64,000 nt of DNA, taken from contig NC_042997.1 in the NCBI RefSeq assembly GCF_006345805.1, forward strand, positions 61,814,001 to 61,878,000, given 5' to 3'. This DNA comes from Octopus sinensis. Its lineage: Eukaryota. Both the position numbers and the translations under genes were made by a program. Below, piece after piece: positions 50,120 through 64,000 of the stretch (the first letter of the stretch is position 1; every line of letters starts with the position of its first letter). The notes under the pieces were generated by a model. The model made no database searches. It worked only from the letters and a program-made list of their open reading frames with translations, and was not told where the DNA came from.

Positions 50120-50689
50120 GATCACTTTAAAATAGGGGCAGTGTTGGACAGGTTGGTAATCAAGAGTTATTATACAAATATCTTTTGAATTAGTGTGTAG
50201 TTGTGAGGTTAGGCTGATATTTTACTCATCACAAAATCATTAGTTTATTTCTTATTGTAGTTATTTTGTTGTTTTTATGCAAGGTGCTTTAGTCTAAATA
50301 TTTCAGCTTGTCTAGTAAAAGCAAGACATTGCCATCATCTCAGAGGTTTATTATAAGTAGAGCATCATGTGACAAAGATTATATTTCTAACATTTCAAGT
50401 GTATAAATAATATAAAACTTGAACATTATCCAATGAAAACATGGAAAAATAAATGTAAATGATAATTAGTATAATTAGAGCTGGGTATTGAAATTATGAC
50501 TGAAGTTAAAGTAAGAAGTTTCATATGATCTCAGCACTTGGATAGATTTGTTGTTGTTGTTGAGCTTTTGACTGAGTTTTGACTGAGCAGGCCTGTCTAG
50601 CTCCTGCTCTTAAGAGCCAGGGAATTCTTAGCACTCATCAGTTGCTGAAATGCTAGGAAGTTCAGGTAAGGTCTACATTGGATTCTCAG

Positions 50690-51095
50690 ATGTGGAATCA
50701 GCTATTTGCTCACACATAAACATCCTAGATTGCCCAAGGTCTTGGCAAGGATTCACTCACATATTTCAATCACTAGGTTACAGATTCCTTTCTTCTCTCT
50801 TTGTCTCTTTTATCATTGCTGTAATAGCCTATGACCTTATGAACTAAATGGTTGCATACCTTTTCCACCAGCCTATCTAATCAACACATTTCTTCTCTTC
50901 CCATGTATCACTATCTCCCCCAGACACTGTACTGAACATTTCAACAAGTCCTCCCCCTCTTCCTTCCTCGTTTCAACTATAAACCTCTGGAATTTACTCA
51001 CATTTTTTCCTATAGACATTGATGTGTTCAGACTGAACACCAATGTCAGCAGGCCAGCTCAAGTCAGGGGCAATGTCACTTCTCTTCTGACAAGT
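50690..51095 (+). mobile_element. Decayed L2/Jockey-like LINE 3' end
   Basis: PRHCTEHFNKS...FLPR..LWNLL-like C-terminal motif with frameshifts. Confidence 0.4.
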
Positions 51096-54000
51096 GAGGG
51101 GAAAAAATGTTAGATTAAAAAATAGCACTGAAGTGTTGACATTGATGAGTGGACAAGGTTTTATTGTGGTAAAATATTACTTGTTGCAAAAAAAAAAAAA
51201 AAATCTGATGTCTTATGTATATGCATGTGTGTTGATATACTATGGATGAATAACCTGTTTTGTTACATATGTATATGAATACATATATACATGTGTGATA
51301 ATTTGTCTGGTAACTTAACATGTTTACTACAGAGATTTTTTCTGAATATTTTACTGATACATTAGTCAGGCATGCACCATGACTAAATACCCAGAATATG
51401 CAGTAACTATTGATAAAGTAATACGTTAAAAAAAATAGGCCTTATGATGACATAAAATATTTACTTGCAAATAAATGCATGCACACAAAACCTGAATGAA
51501 TTGTATCTACATATGCAAGCAAACATGAACACTGCCCTATGGAAGTTACAGGTTTTTATACACCTGTGTTTACATGTGTGTGTGAACACATACACACACA
51601 TACATATATATAAAATATCACCATGACCACTTTTTCATGCATCAGACAAAATTAGTTGCGGCAGATTTTCTACGACTGGATGCCTTTTTTTTTTTTGCTA
51701 ACCCCCTACTTGTTTATAAGCAAAATTATATTTCCGCATGACCAGATATGTTTTTGCAGAATGTTTGGAACAAATGGCTCTGCATATGACAGTGGCTTTC
51801 ATTTAATATTATGTGATGCCTAGACAAGGAGGCAGAAACACACAGTCATGATGGACTTCTTTCAGATTCTGTCTATCAAATCCACACAGGAGGATTTTGT
51901 CAGCCTTGCGCTGTAGTAGAGAGCACTTACTTAATGTGCCATGTAAGTGGAACTGGACCAAATTACACTTGGAAAATGAATTTCTAAACTCTATAGTCAT
52001 GCCAGTGTAAGCTTACACATGCATAAATACATGCAAGTGTACATGCATATATTTTGTGCATATGTTGCAAAAACATGTACACTTCTGTCATTCTGTAGTG
52101 ACTTTGAGTGGCAAGGCAGAATGAATTCTGCTTCTATGTGTGCTGCTATTAATATATTATAAAGTTGAACTCACAACACACATCAATCTATTTATATTTG
52201 ACATGTACATTGAACTTGAAAAGCAGCAGAAATTGAATTTGCCTGACATCAAAATAATGATCATTTACTGACTTATATGCACCGAATTTCATACATTAAA
52301 TTACCATTTTTATAATTAATTGAAATCATTTACTCTCTATAAGTAAATAATTAATGATTATTGTTTGATTTTGGATAAGTATTGTTTACCTTGCTTCTAT
52401 ATGAAAGAGATATTAATATGCCTATCCAAATGGCTCAATGATGAATGCATAGTTTACTGCAGTAAATTTGAAGTATGCAACAAATTCAAAATGATATTTT
52501 GATTGCAACAGACTCTTGTTCACTTGAGGTATATGTTATATCTATAGGCATAAGTTAACTCTGTGGTTATGAAGCTTGCTTTTTAACCATGTGGGCTTGA
52601 GTTCAGTTCCATTGTACAGCCCTTTGGCAAGTGTCTTCTACTATAGTCCTGGGCTGACTGAAGCCTGTCACGTGCATGCATGTGTATGTGTGTGTATATC
52701 AACCATTAATCCGGACAGTCCAGATATATTTTTTTTCTCTCCTTTTGTTTCCTTTCTCCATCTGTTTTCTCTCTTCATCTATCCTTTCTATAGAAGAGCA
52801 TAGGCTTGAAATGTCAATGACTTCTTCCATTTTTCCTGGGTGCCAAACTAATACACCCTATTTGTTGTTCCCTTACTTGTTTCTGTGTTTTGTTTTGCGT
52901 GTATAATTTTTACCCATATAAATTGGCATTATTTAGAGAAATCTTTATATGGATTTAAGTGTCTTATGATGTGATATTCTTAGGCTTTTTTTTATAACTG
53001 TCTAATAAATTGCTTCATCTTATTTTTACACACCTGAGTTAAACCAGGTTTCCCGAACCAAAATGCAACATAAATGCTAGAGATGCCAAGAACAACAACT
53101 ACAATATTTGTACACAAATCATGCTAAAACAATTGAGGTTAATGCGATTAGCTATTGATCACATAGATATGGATTCAAATGAAACAACAGCTATGTTGTG
53201 TTGGTAGAATGGTATCAAGAGTAGAGCAATGGATAAAATGCTTATACTGTGAGTTCAAATCTCACTTGGGTCAACTTTGTGCCATTTGTCCTTCCATAGA
53301 TGAGACAATAAGTACCATCAAGTACTGGTGTTGAAGGCCACTTCGCTCAGAATTTATTCTCTTGCACATATGTTAGAAATCATTATATTCTTTGGGAAAG
53401 AGCACTCAATATGTGTCTCAGCCTACTTGGTTGACAACATATTCCACTTTTATTTCACTGTTAAGCAGTTAGTAATAGGAATGGTATCTATCTGTACAGA
53501 TATGTGTTCTAAACAATGTGCCAACAATATCCAAATGTTAAAATTGTGCTCCACTTCAAAAAAAATTCCACCCATGCTCAGTTATAAGAATATACATAAA
53601 TCAAAATAACATGATGATGTTCTTGGTATGAAAGACAATATTTAAGTAAGCATTTATGTATTTAATACTGGGGGAATGGCAAATTAACTGGAAGTAATTA
53701 TATGATGAGGAAAAAGGAAAAAAAAACTATAATAATCACTAATATTGCTTTAATTATTTAGGCAATTATAGGAAACAACTTCAGACATGTTTCAATCTTA
53801 TTATGACATCGCCAGCAAATCACTAAGTGTTTCTGGTTATATTTCTATTGCTCCCTACATTAAGTTGAAAAGCCTTGTTATATAATAGCTAATTGTTCCC
53901 TGAAATAAATCATTATTATGCTCAGGGACTTGAAATCTCAATTCTCAAATCCTGAATACTAAAACAGCAAAATTGAAAATAATGGATGTATTTGTTCGCT

Positions 54001-55160
54001 GACTGGTTGTGATGGCAATGAAGCTTTCTTTATGCAATGGACCCCAACCCACTAAAATTTTTTTTTATTGTTTTAACTAGGTCAAGAATCATTATTTGAA
54101 CTCAAACTGGTAATGAGATTGCACCAAACTGGACATAAGCAAATGAGTTTCTATGCTATCGCTTGAACTCATAGAAATTATGACCAGATCACCATCAAAG
54201 AATTGCCCATTTTAAAGAAGGAAGACATATTGTTTGATATAGTCTGTAGTACACTCTCCTTTACTTGTTTTAGTCATTTGGCTGCAGCCATACTGGGGCA
54301 CCTCCTAGAAGAATGAATCGACCCCAGTACTTTTTTTAAAAACTTGGTACTTATTCTAACTACTGAGTTATGGGAATGTAAACACCCCAGCAACAGTTGT
54401 CAAACAGTGGCAGTGGACCAACAAAGACACACACACACACACACACGATGGACTTCTTTCAGTTTCTGCCTGCCAAATCCACTCACAAGGCTTCAGTTTG
54501 CTTGAGGCCATAGTAGAGACACTAAGCCCAAAGTGCCATGCAGTGAGACTGAATGTGGAAGCATGTGGCTGGGAAGCAAGCTTCTTAACATAGCCATGCT
54601 TTCACCTAAGAAAATGAAATATGTTGAGGCAATCAGGAGAGGCTAGACAACAGCAATTCCATAAGGTAGGCTGATACAGTGAATGTTCTATTATAACCTC
54701 TCCACATTAGACTTTTGTGGTCAGAGGTGAACCTAATAAGTCAGCATCTCATTTAACAGAAATGATAATCAAAATCTTATTCCATTGTCCTAATCTTCAT
54801 ATTTCTCCAATCTACATTATCATTACAGAAAGTAACAAAACAAAAATATCTGTTTTGATGCACTTTCTATTCGTATTTAAAATACAAAATTTTTCCCTAC
54901 AGTAATGTTTAAGGCTATTTACTAATTTTAAAAATATTTCTATTGAGCTAACATTGTTTAAATAAAACCCTGTGACAGATGTGTATGTATTTGATGACAA
55001 TTACTCTCCAGAGAATTTGGTTCTTTTCCCCACTAGCCTTCTGAAATATTTAGAATTTTGACAAGAGTTATTGTTGGATGACAGCTGAACTGGAATGTTG
55101 TTAAAAGGGTCTTAACATTCACTCAGCAATCTCTTTTTGTATTCTTTTATTTACATACAT

Positions 55161-55198
<38 letters not shown>

Positions 55199-55253
55199 GA
55201 TATACATACCCATGCTCATGTATAACGTATGTAATCAGAGTGTATGTAAAGAA

Positions 55254-55590
55254 GCTGCATGGCTTAGTGGTTAGAGCATTGGGCTCACAATCATGAGGTA
55301 GTGAGTTCGATTCCTGGACTGGACTGTTTGTTGTGTTCTTGAGCAAGGCACTTTATTTCACATTGTACCAGTTCACTCAGCTGTAGAAATGAGTTCTGAC
55401 ATCACTGGTGCCAAGCTGTATCAGCCTTTGCTCTTCCTTTGGATTACATCAGTAGCATGGAGAGGGGAGGCTGATATGCATGGGCAACTGCTGATTTTCC
55501 ATAAACAACCTTGCCTGGACTTGTGCCTCGGAGGAGAACTTTCTTGATGCAATCACATGGTTATTCATAATTGAAGGGGGTCTTTACTAT
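55254..55590 (+). mobile_element. tRNA-derived SINE with clear Pol III boxes and CORE-like middle
   Basis: A box TGGCTTAGTGG (55260), B box GTTCGATTC (about 55305), then GTGTTCTTGAGCAAGGCACTT. Confidence 0.85.
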
Positions 55591-57160
55591 GTAAAGTAAA
55601 ATGGTAAGTGTATCATCATCAATAGGTTAACATCCACTTTACCATGCTTGCATGAGTTGGACAGAATTTTATTAAGGCAAATTTTTTATGGCCAGACACC
55701 CTTTGTGTTGCCAACTATCAGCTGTTTACAGGTGAGGTAATAGTTCCCCATTTGACCAGCAGATCAAATGATTGCATAAAGGTGTCCAGGTTTAACTCCT
55801 TGGAAAGTTGTTTGTTTCCTGAGAGGGAACTTTATCACTCCCATAATTCTTCTGCTTGTGTTTTATTTGTTGATCGTTTTAAATCACTTTATCTTTATCA
55901 ACAGCACTGGTTTGGGCAAATCAACTAAATCCTGATTTGAGCAATCTCAAGTTAGCAAGTCTGTGTAATAAGTTAAATGAGTAGGTGTCATCATCATCAT
56001 CATTTAACGTCTGTTTTCCATGCTGGCATGGATTGGACGGCTTGACAGGAACTGGCAGGACCAGTGGTTACACCGAGTTCCATTATCTGTTTTGGCTTGG
56101 TTTCTATGGCTGGATGCCCTTCCTATCACCAACTACTCCACAGTGTACTGGGTGCTTTTTACGATGGCACCAGCAATAGTGCTTTTTTCTGTGGCACCAG
56201 TACCCATACCAATACTTTTTTCTTACATGACACCTTGGTTTTAGGAGCTGTGAAATTACAAATTTTTATGCATTATTTTACATTTAGTTGGGGTTTGTAT
56301 ATTTTTTATCAATTTGGACAACTCACTAATTACTTTCTTCTCTGAATCTAGCTAGCTCTACAACCCTGGTTATTGTTTGGGTTAGAGGCCAATTGTCAAG
56401 TGGTATATCTCTTCTTTTTTTTTAATCCAAACAATACTTTCTTTTTTTTAATCCTTTATATGAAGTGTGTCCAAGATAAGAAATGTTAGCTTTTTTTTTC
56501 TACATACTGCAATAGTACTTAATCAAGCTTCCCAATAAACACAGTATAGTGGATTAGTTGGTCTCCTGTAGCCTTTTACAAACTTGAAAGAAGCTTTGAA
56601 CTCTAAGCTTTAAGTTGCTAATGGTGAAGGTATTAATGTACTTTTATTGCACATAGTATCAGTTTGTGTCAAACACATGGATGTATGGTTATGGTAGTGT
56701 CCTTGATGGAATTATAATCTTTGCTCTACAATCTGTGAGCCAACAAGATTATGGATTAATTTGCTTTGTTTTTTATTTTTAGCAGTATATTCAGTTTGTT
56801 AATGCTACACACACACACACACATTAATGTAACCAAATTAATTTACATAATATAGATTTTTAAAAAAAAATGTAACCTATTATAGTTAATAGTTTATCTT
56901 TTGTAATAGGGAATAGTTTTAGTAAATTAATACGATTACTGTTGCTTGAAGGTTTTGTAGTTATGGTAAAAAAAACAACAACAAAAAACACAATATGGAG
57001 TTTGTTAATACAGAAAAATCACTTGTAGAGGAATTGAACTCCAGGAGTTATGAATTGCTAGTTTCAACACTGATTTTACTTGGTAATTTTGTTGAAAGCC
57101 AAACCTACAATGTATTTAATTTGCATCAATATTGCAATGTAATAATTGTTTATATATATA

Positions 57161-57490
57161 TACAGGGTGCCATAAATAAACTTGTCTAAATTATGCAAAT
57201 ATAAATAACACTGACATCACATTTTAACAGATATATTTACCAAAATTACATTAAGATATCTTGAAATACTAAAGAGTAAATTTATTTAATAGAATCGCCA
57301 TTGGCTTTAACCATTGCTTCCAGACGATTTTGGAATCTCCTGCAACTCTTCTGGACAGTCTCCTAGTTTAAGTTGGTGAATGTTGCCGTAATTCTTGCTT
57401 TCAGTTCATCTTTGGTGTTACAAGGAGTTTTGTTGGTCTCTCGTTCAACTGTGTCCCACACAATAATTAAGGGGGGTTGCAGTTTGGGGA
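57161..57490 (-). mobile_element. 3' end of a Tc1/mariner-superfamily transposon (maT/DD37D-like)
   Basis: SPNCNP...VWDTVERETNKTPCNTKDELKARI...SCRRFQNRLEAMVKANGDSIK*, with a TA-CAGGGTG terminus in a (TA)n tract. Confidence 0.8.
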
Positions 57491-58013
57491 CTGCATATAT
57501 TATATATGTATTATATATACTTTATATATATATAAAAAAATAGGTTTCATAACGAATTTGCTACCGTAAATTTTCAAATAGAATGTAAACAAACAATATG
57601 TCTTATTTCAAATTTTCATGCGGTATTCTTAAAGATAAAACAAGTAGGATACTTATTCCCAGGAGGTAAAATTCCAATCCATGTTCTTGTACGAAGAAGT
57701 TTTGTTTCAAAGAAAAGTTATGTTACATGCGGCTGCAAATGAAAATACGATTTATCACCACGTGCTTTCTTCAAGAATAACTCTAGCTTGCGTCAGTGAT
57801 TTTAATGTAATATATTTAACTTTTTGTGCAATATATTCATTTTTTTTTTACCAATATACCATAGTAGACCATTATGAAATAATCACTATGTTTGTTGTCA
57901 GTTTTGGTAGATTTTTTTTGTCGATACAGGGAATCCCTCTTGGTTATTTCAGGAGCACGTAAAGCACGTCTTTCCACAATGAAACCAGTCCTCAATCAAA
58001 CCATCTAACATAT

Positions 58014-58162
58014 GTTAGTTAGTTAGTTAGTTAATTTTTGGCTCAAAAGCAAATAGCAAGGCCATGTAAGGGGACATGGAGTTAAGTACAGGGTGGTGTT
58101 CATGTAAAGAGTTCAGGCCACTTGAGGTCAAGGGAGACTTTGAACAAAGCAGTCTTCGGCAT
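58014..58162 (-). mobile_element. 3' end of a CR1/L2-like LINE with (TAAC)n tail
   Basis: Minus strand reads ALFKVSLDLKWPELFT*, followed by a short UTR and TAACTAACTAAC. Confidence 0.55.
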
Positions 58163-58659
58163 ATATATCTATATGTATGTAATGTATATATATATATATA
58201 TATGTATGGCTGTTAGTCTTGTGCCATATCAGTATATAAAAAAAAAACAAGATTAAATGAAAGAAAGTTTCCTCACTGCATTCAGCATGGTAGCATTAAA
58301 CATATATAGTCCTGTCATGAAACACACTATATTATTAGCAATGAGGCTGTATTGTATTTTTGAATTCGATGTTCTCTATATAACTTATTGGGAGGAATTT
58401 TAGGCGCTCATTTAGCTAGTTGCACACCCACCTCTGCTGAAGCTGACCTGAAACACCTGTCTCCTCTCATTGCTTCAGGCACCTGGACTTAATATGGTTC
58501 TTCTTCAGAATATCATCTTGTGGAACCTTTTTCTTTTTCTGCAGATGTGAACTAACAGATCTTCAAGCTGAATATATATTACATTGATCTTACAAGTAGT
58601 TTGCAAATCTCTTCCACCACACAAGGCCATTATAATATATACATGTGTAGGCTTGAAAA

Positions 58660-59421
58660 AAATGAAGCTAGTATGCTCCGCTGGATGTGTAATGTCCAGG
58701 TGAATACACAACAGTGTAAGTGCCCTGAGAGAAAAGTTGGACATAAGAAACATTAGATGTGGTGTGCAAAAGAGATTATTGTACTGGTATGGTCATATGT
58801 TGCATATGGATGAAGATATCTGTGTGAAGAAGTGTCACACCCTAATAGTGGGGGGAACCTGTGGAAGAGGTAAACCCAGGAAGACCTGGGATGAGGTGGT
58901 GAAGCATGGCTTTTGAATGTTGGGCCTCACAGAGGCAGTGACAAGTGACTGAAACTGTTGGAGATATGCTGTACTTGAGAAGACTCAACAAGCCAAGTGA
59001 GATTGTGGCTGATGCCAAAAAGTAGCCTTCAATGACTGGGCAATATGCTGTGCTTGAGAATGCCTGTTGAGTCAAGTGAAATTGTAGTTGTGGCCAGTGT
59101 CAGTGCCACCTGACTGGCACCCATGTCGGTGGCATGTAAAAAGCACCATTTGAGTTCAGCTGATACCAGTGCCGGTGGCACGTAAAAAGCACCATTTGAG
59201 TGTGGTCCATGCCAGTGCCACCTGACTGCCCCCCCACCCTCGCTGGTGGTATGTACAAAGCACCTACACAGTGTTGGTGTTAGGAATGGCATCCAGCTGT
59301 AGAAACCTTGCGAGATCACATTGGAGCCTGCTGCAGCCTCCTGGCTTGCCAATCCTCAATCAAACCATCTAACCCATGCCAGCATGGAAAGTGGATGTTA
59401 AACAATGATGGTGATGATGAT
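58660..59421 (+). mobile_element. Older RTE 3' fragment
   Basis: NEASMLRWMCNV...WYGHMLHMDED.CVKKCHTL..GTCGRGKPRKTWDEVV, then the 3'UTR and GAT tail. Confidence 0.9.
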
Positions 59422-60563
59422 ACATAAACACTAGGAAATTAGACTGAATCTATTTAGAAACTAATTACTCTTAATACACAAAGCAGAAGCCATTTGATTG
59501 GTGCCAAGAAATGCAGAGAATTAGATTGTCTGAAATAAAGTTGATTATTTGTAGTGAATACAAACATTTGGTTTAGTTTTTTTTCTTTTTTTCCCTAGAA
59601 ATAAAGGCATATCAGTAATTGGCATGTCAGTCAATCCAGAATCCTTGGTTGATTTTATTACCTTTTTTTTATTTTTTTATTTTCCCAATCTTTTTCTCTT
59701 TGTCTATAGTTCTTTATATTGTCTGAAGAAGATTATGGGTGACTAATTGACATTGTGTATTAGCGAAATTAAAAGTTTCTGGAAAATTTCCCACTAATAC
59801 CCCTAAGTATATTCTCACTTTCTGATGAGACTAATCTTGTTGACACTAAATTGTTTGGTAAATGTGGTGACAGCAGAACATTTTCCAGCATGCAATTCAA
59901 CTTAACTGACCAATTTCACACATTTTAAAGTTGACATAATGAATGAAAATATGCTGCTTTTTTCAGGAAGATGGTCCCACTTTGTCATTATCTGTATCCA
60001 AAATATCTGTGAGCATCTCTCTGACTACTCAAATGTAATTCCATTGATTTAATAACATAGTTCTAATAAACCCGTATCTTTCAACAAAATGGTGAAGTTA
60101 TTTTGCTTGATAGATTTGATATGTGTCATCAAAAAGGACATGACTTTGAGTGGACACTGAGAAGTGTAAAATTAACATTTGAAGATATTTGAAGGCTAGT
60201 ATAACATTACGTGCTTCCACCCCAATAGCTGAAAGATTTGAAATCATATATTATCCTTAAATATGCTGTTGGTTGACCTACTTTTGGATGTTTCTACAGT
60301 AGTTTCTTTTGTTGTGCAGGTAACATGCTGCATGCAACACAATGACTGAATTTATTCAATGCAAGACAATTACCTGTATTCCTTTATCTTTTTTGTTTGA
60401 TTATTTCTGTTTTCTGCTGACATATATTACTTCTGGGAAAGGAAAGACACTTTAACCTTTTATCATTTAAACCAGCCATATCAAGCCCAAATATTCTACC
60501 AGTTTTATGTTTAAACTGGGTAGATCTGGACTTTTACATCTACCCTACTATGTCATTTTAAAA

Positions 60564-60867
60564 CAGTGGTTCCCAAACTTTTTTGGTCTACTGTCCCCTT
60601 GACACCCAGGTTACTTTCCCAGTGCCCTCACCCCAACTAACCATCACAAACATAGACCTCTTTCTGAAGCAAATTCAAAGCAACTGTATTTCACAAATAA
60701 AATTTAACCTAATGAACCCACTATTTTGTTGTTTTTACATGAATTGCTACCCCATGATCACCCCACTTTTTACATGAATCGCTACCCCATTATCACCCCA
60801 CTTTTCTTCAATGCCCACTTGGAACTTTCCAGTGGGGGGACAATACTGCCCACTTTGGGAACCACTG
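60564..60867. mobile_element. hAT MITE nested within a TTAA MITE (about 60452-60987)
   Basis: Perfect 14-bp TIRs CAGTGGTTCCCAAA / TTTGGGAACCACTG and 8-bp TSD TTTTAAAA / TTTTAAAT. The host MITE resumes after the TSD. Confidence 0.9.
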
Positions 60868-61301
60868 TTTTAAATATAAACAATCCCATCATCAGAATCT
60901 TGAAGTTACAAGATAATGCATAATTCGAAACAATGTGAATAAACAAGCATTATATTTGACTGAATAATCTGAATGCTAAAGAGTGAAATACCTTGTGAGT
61001 GGTGTGTGTTTACACACATCTGCATGCATGTGTGTAGAAACATTTAAAATTTATTTATTCATTATTATCCAGGTTAGCTCTATCTGAAAATTTAGATATT
61101 TGCATACATATTATTAGACCAAATGATTTGTTTCACATTAAATATCCCTTCTACTGCTAACTACTCGACTGATTGTAATATGCCTTTGTTTCAGGTCTAT
61201 CTCATATATGCATTTGATCTACGCTGACCATATTGGAATATTGGAAAGCTGATCTGTTCATTTTAATTCCTGAATTTACTGCTATCAGAAATATTAAATG
61301 C

Positions 61302-61319
61302 GTGCACGCACACACACAT

Positions 61320-61363
<44 letters not shown>

Positions 61364-61387
61364 CACACACACACACACACACACACA
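61302..61387. repeat. (CA)n microsatellite
   Basis: Directly visible. Confidence 0.95.
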
Positions 61388-64000
61388 GTGAATTGATTGA
61401 TGGAAACTGAAAGAAGCTCGTCATATAAGTCTTTATGTACCTTTGTGTGTTTGTTTACAATTGCATACTATGTAAGTTTCTCACTATGAGCAGTGTTGTC
61501 ATTGTCATCACCTGCTTACTTCATGCCTTGGAAGACATGTGAAATAAGACCTCCTTGAGAAACATGCGAGGGTTAGCAACACGTGCACACACACACACAC
61601 AGATAAACAGAGAGAGAGAAAATAAATGCTTATTAGTAATTGTGTCTGCCTCCCAATGTGAAGGTGATAAGCAAGAATTTTCCAGAATTGACATGCCATC
61701 AGGTACTTTCTTTTATTTATGTGAACACATTTCTTCTTTAATAAGCATCACCAGCTCAGCAGTTGTTCTGGCCTGAAATCCAGCTTGACACAAGTTTTAG
61801 AATATTTACAGAACGAATTGAACATTTATGGTCTTAGGTAATTTGTATAATTAAAACAAAAATGACCTAAGATGAAGATGTCTGAGTGCCAATTGGTATG
61901 AATTTGGACAACAAGGACAAATAAAAGTATACTAAATACCATACAATGTGAAGTCTTATTATTAAAGGAATTCCAACCATGACTATCACATCTTTTTAGA
62001 AGTATTTCTGTAGTGTAGTTACTATGTGTGCCACCTGGGTTTGCTTTTGTCCCACTTGGGCTCCCAAGCCTGTACAGGTTTTTGCAGCATACTTTAAAGT
62101 GCTGTTCCCATAAAAGTGTCACCTGGGGCAGACTGCTCTCCTCAACAAGCCATGCTACTGGACTACATTGCCTAATGTATTACTCCTTTTTCAAATTGAA
62201 GGGTGTATCTTAGTGAGATTTAGCTGCTATTTTTGGCAGGTGGGATGACCATGTAGAAGCTTCCTTGTTGCTTCCTATATACTGTTATAGGTTCAAATGC
62301 TATGACCTGAACGTAAAAATGTTACAGTGCTGCAGGTGAGGGGGTGTAAATGGGAGTGTGTGAGTGTTACATTTTATACCAGTCTGCCTGACATAGTCTT
62401 GGTGTCTTCTTACCAATATGCCTGTTAACCACTCATGTTATTGAGTTCATATTTAAATTAGCTGTCCCACACTCAAAATTTCATTTAGTTAAAGAAATTA
62501 ACTCCAGAACTTATTTTCTTTAAGTCTGATGCTGATTTTATCACTCTCTTTTGTTGAACTGCTATATAATGGGTGGGGAGGTGTAACCAAAACTAACACC
62601 AGTTGTCAAGTGGTGGCAAGGACATATGCATAGACTCATGTGCAAATTCATTCATAAAACATTGCTTGACCTTGGGTTATAGTAGAAGACACTTGTCCAA
62701 GGTGCCACACAATGAGACTGAACCTGAAGTCATGTGGTGGCAGAGTGAGCTTTTTGAAGTTACAACTATATTTTATTCTGTTACTTGTTTCTGTCATTTG
62801 ACTGTTGCCATGCCATAGCACTGCCTTAAAGAGTTTTAGTTGTAGAAATTGGCACTAGGACTTATTCTTTGAAAACCTAGTACTTATTCTATTGCTCTCT
62901 TTTGCTGAATTGCCAAGTTATGGGAATGTAAACACACCAACATTGGTTGTCAAGCAATGGTTGGGGGGACAAACAGACACAAAGACACACATACACAAAT
63001 ATATATATATATATATATGACAGACGGACTTCTTTCAGTTTCCATCTGCCAAATTCTCTTGCAAGGCTTTGGTTGGCCTGAGGCTATAATAGATGAAAGA
63101 CACTCGCCCAATGTCCCTCACAGTGAGACTGAACCTGGAACCTTGTGGTTGGGAAGTAAGTTTCTTACCACACAGCCATGTCTTGTAGTTATTTTAGCAT
63201 TTTTGTTAAACCCATCATGATCAATTTGGAAATAAACTGAAACCTATAATCAGCCTATTTCTTATCTTAAAGTCTTTTTTTAATGGATTCGAAGTGAATA
63301 TAAATATTCACAGCTTAGTTGTACACAAAATGGAAAGTTACTGCACTCATGCACTTTTAAGTATAAAATTTGGGTTTAGTATGTCGGACTGTAGTAGATT
63401 TTCTTCAATGGATAAATCAATAGCTGTCCAAGTGGTCCAGTCAGCACACAGTTTGTGTGTGTAGAACAAAAAACAAAACCAAAAACCCCAAGAAAGAAAA
63501 TTACTTAAACGAAACAAGATTGGCGCTAATTGTTTAGTTTTGTGTATAACCCAAGTAGAAATTGTTTCTGTCACTCTTATGGTCTTCCGGCAAAACTGAG
63601 CGAAAAGTACTGAGGACTTTTCTGTTTGTTTTTCTTTTGTGCTGTTCATTTAACGATCTTAATTATTTAGCTGCTAGCTATTTTTAAGTATGTCTTTTGT
63701 TTTGTTTCTTTTTTTTTTTTAAGTTTATACATTTACCCCACCTTTGTTTGCAAATAGATCCCCTGTCTTAGGTATTAATTAGAAAAACAATTACCTTCAT
63801 AAATTAACACATTTCATCATTGAAACTCTTTTGTTGTAAAACAAAACAAAAATAAACAAAATAAATACATAAATATAACAAAAATAAAAGCACAAAAAGT
63901 TACAAACAAGACTAAGTAAACCTTTACCTCTGAACATTTATTTTTAAGCTTCTATTTTCTATTTGTCTCTGAAGTTATTTTCTATTTCCATTTTATCAGT

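Noticed and set aside
55254-55330. tRNA gene
   Set aside because: A and B boxes are present but there is no proper acceptor stem, and it continues into a SINE body.
59720-59860. CTGAAGA and CTGATGA motifs as hammerhead cores
   Set aside because: No adjacent stem II followed by GAAA with a compatible stem I.

Overview
AT-rich, repeat-dense eukaryotic DNA. The SINE/RTE repertoire and the (TA)n, (CA)n and (ATC)n microsatellites suggest a coleoid cephalopod such as Octopus; this is inferred by pattern recognition only. One host coding exon is recognisable: the first coding exon of an OSR1/SPAK/fray-type Ste20 kinase (10129-10183, +). It is followed by an intron that appears to run past the window end (>53 kb). 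The rest is transposon-derived: a young 5'-truncated RTE LINE with a PHD-like finger insert, older RTE pieces, a CsRn1-type Gypsy relic with a slippery site, an RLE-type (R4/Dong-like) LINE end sitting in a SINE's (TAA)n tract, three Tc1/mariner relics, hAT and TTAA-flanked MITEs, and many tRNA-derived SINEs. The most notable structures are a candidate type I hammerhead ribozyme (34014-34081), a tRNA-SINE family with decayed hammerhead remnants, several long fold-back palindromes, and a 12-bp hairpin with a TCAAGGTCA motif 5 nt upstream of the kinase ATG. Most ORFs in the supplied track are spurious. No databases were searched, and family names come from motifs recognised by eye.
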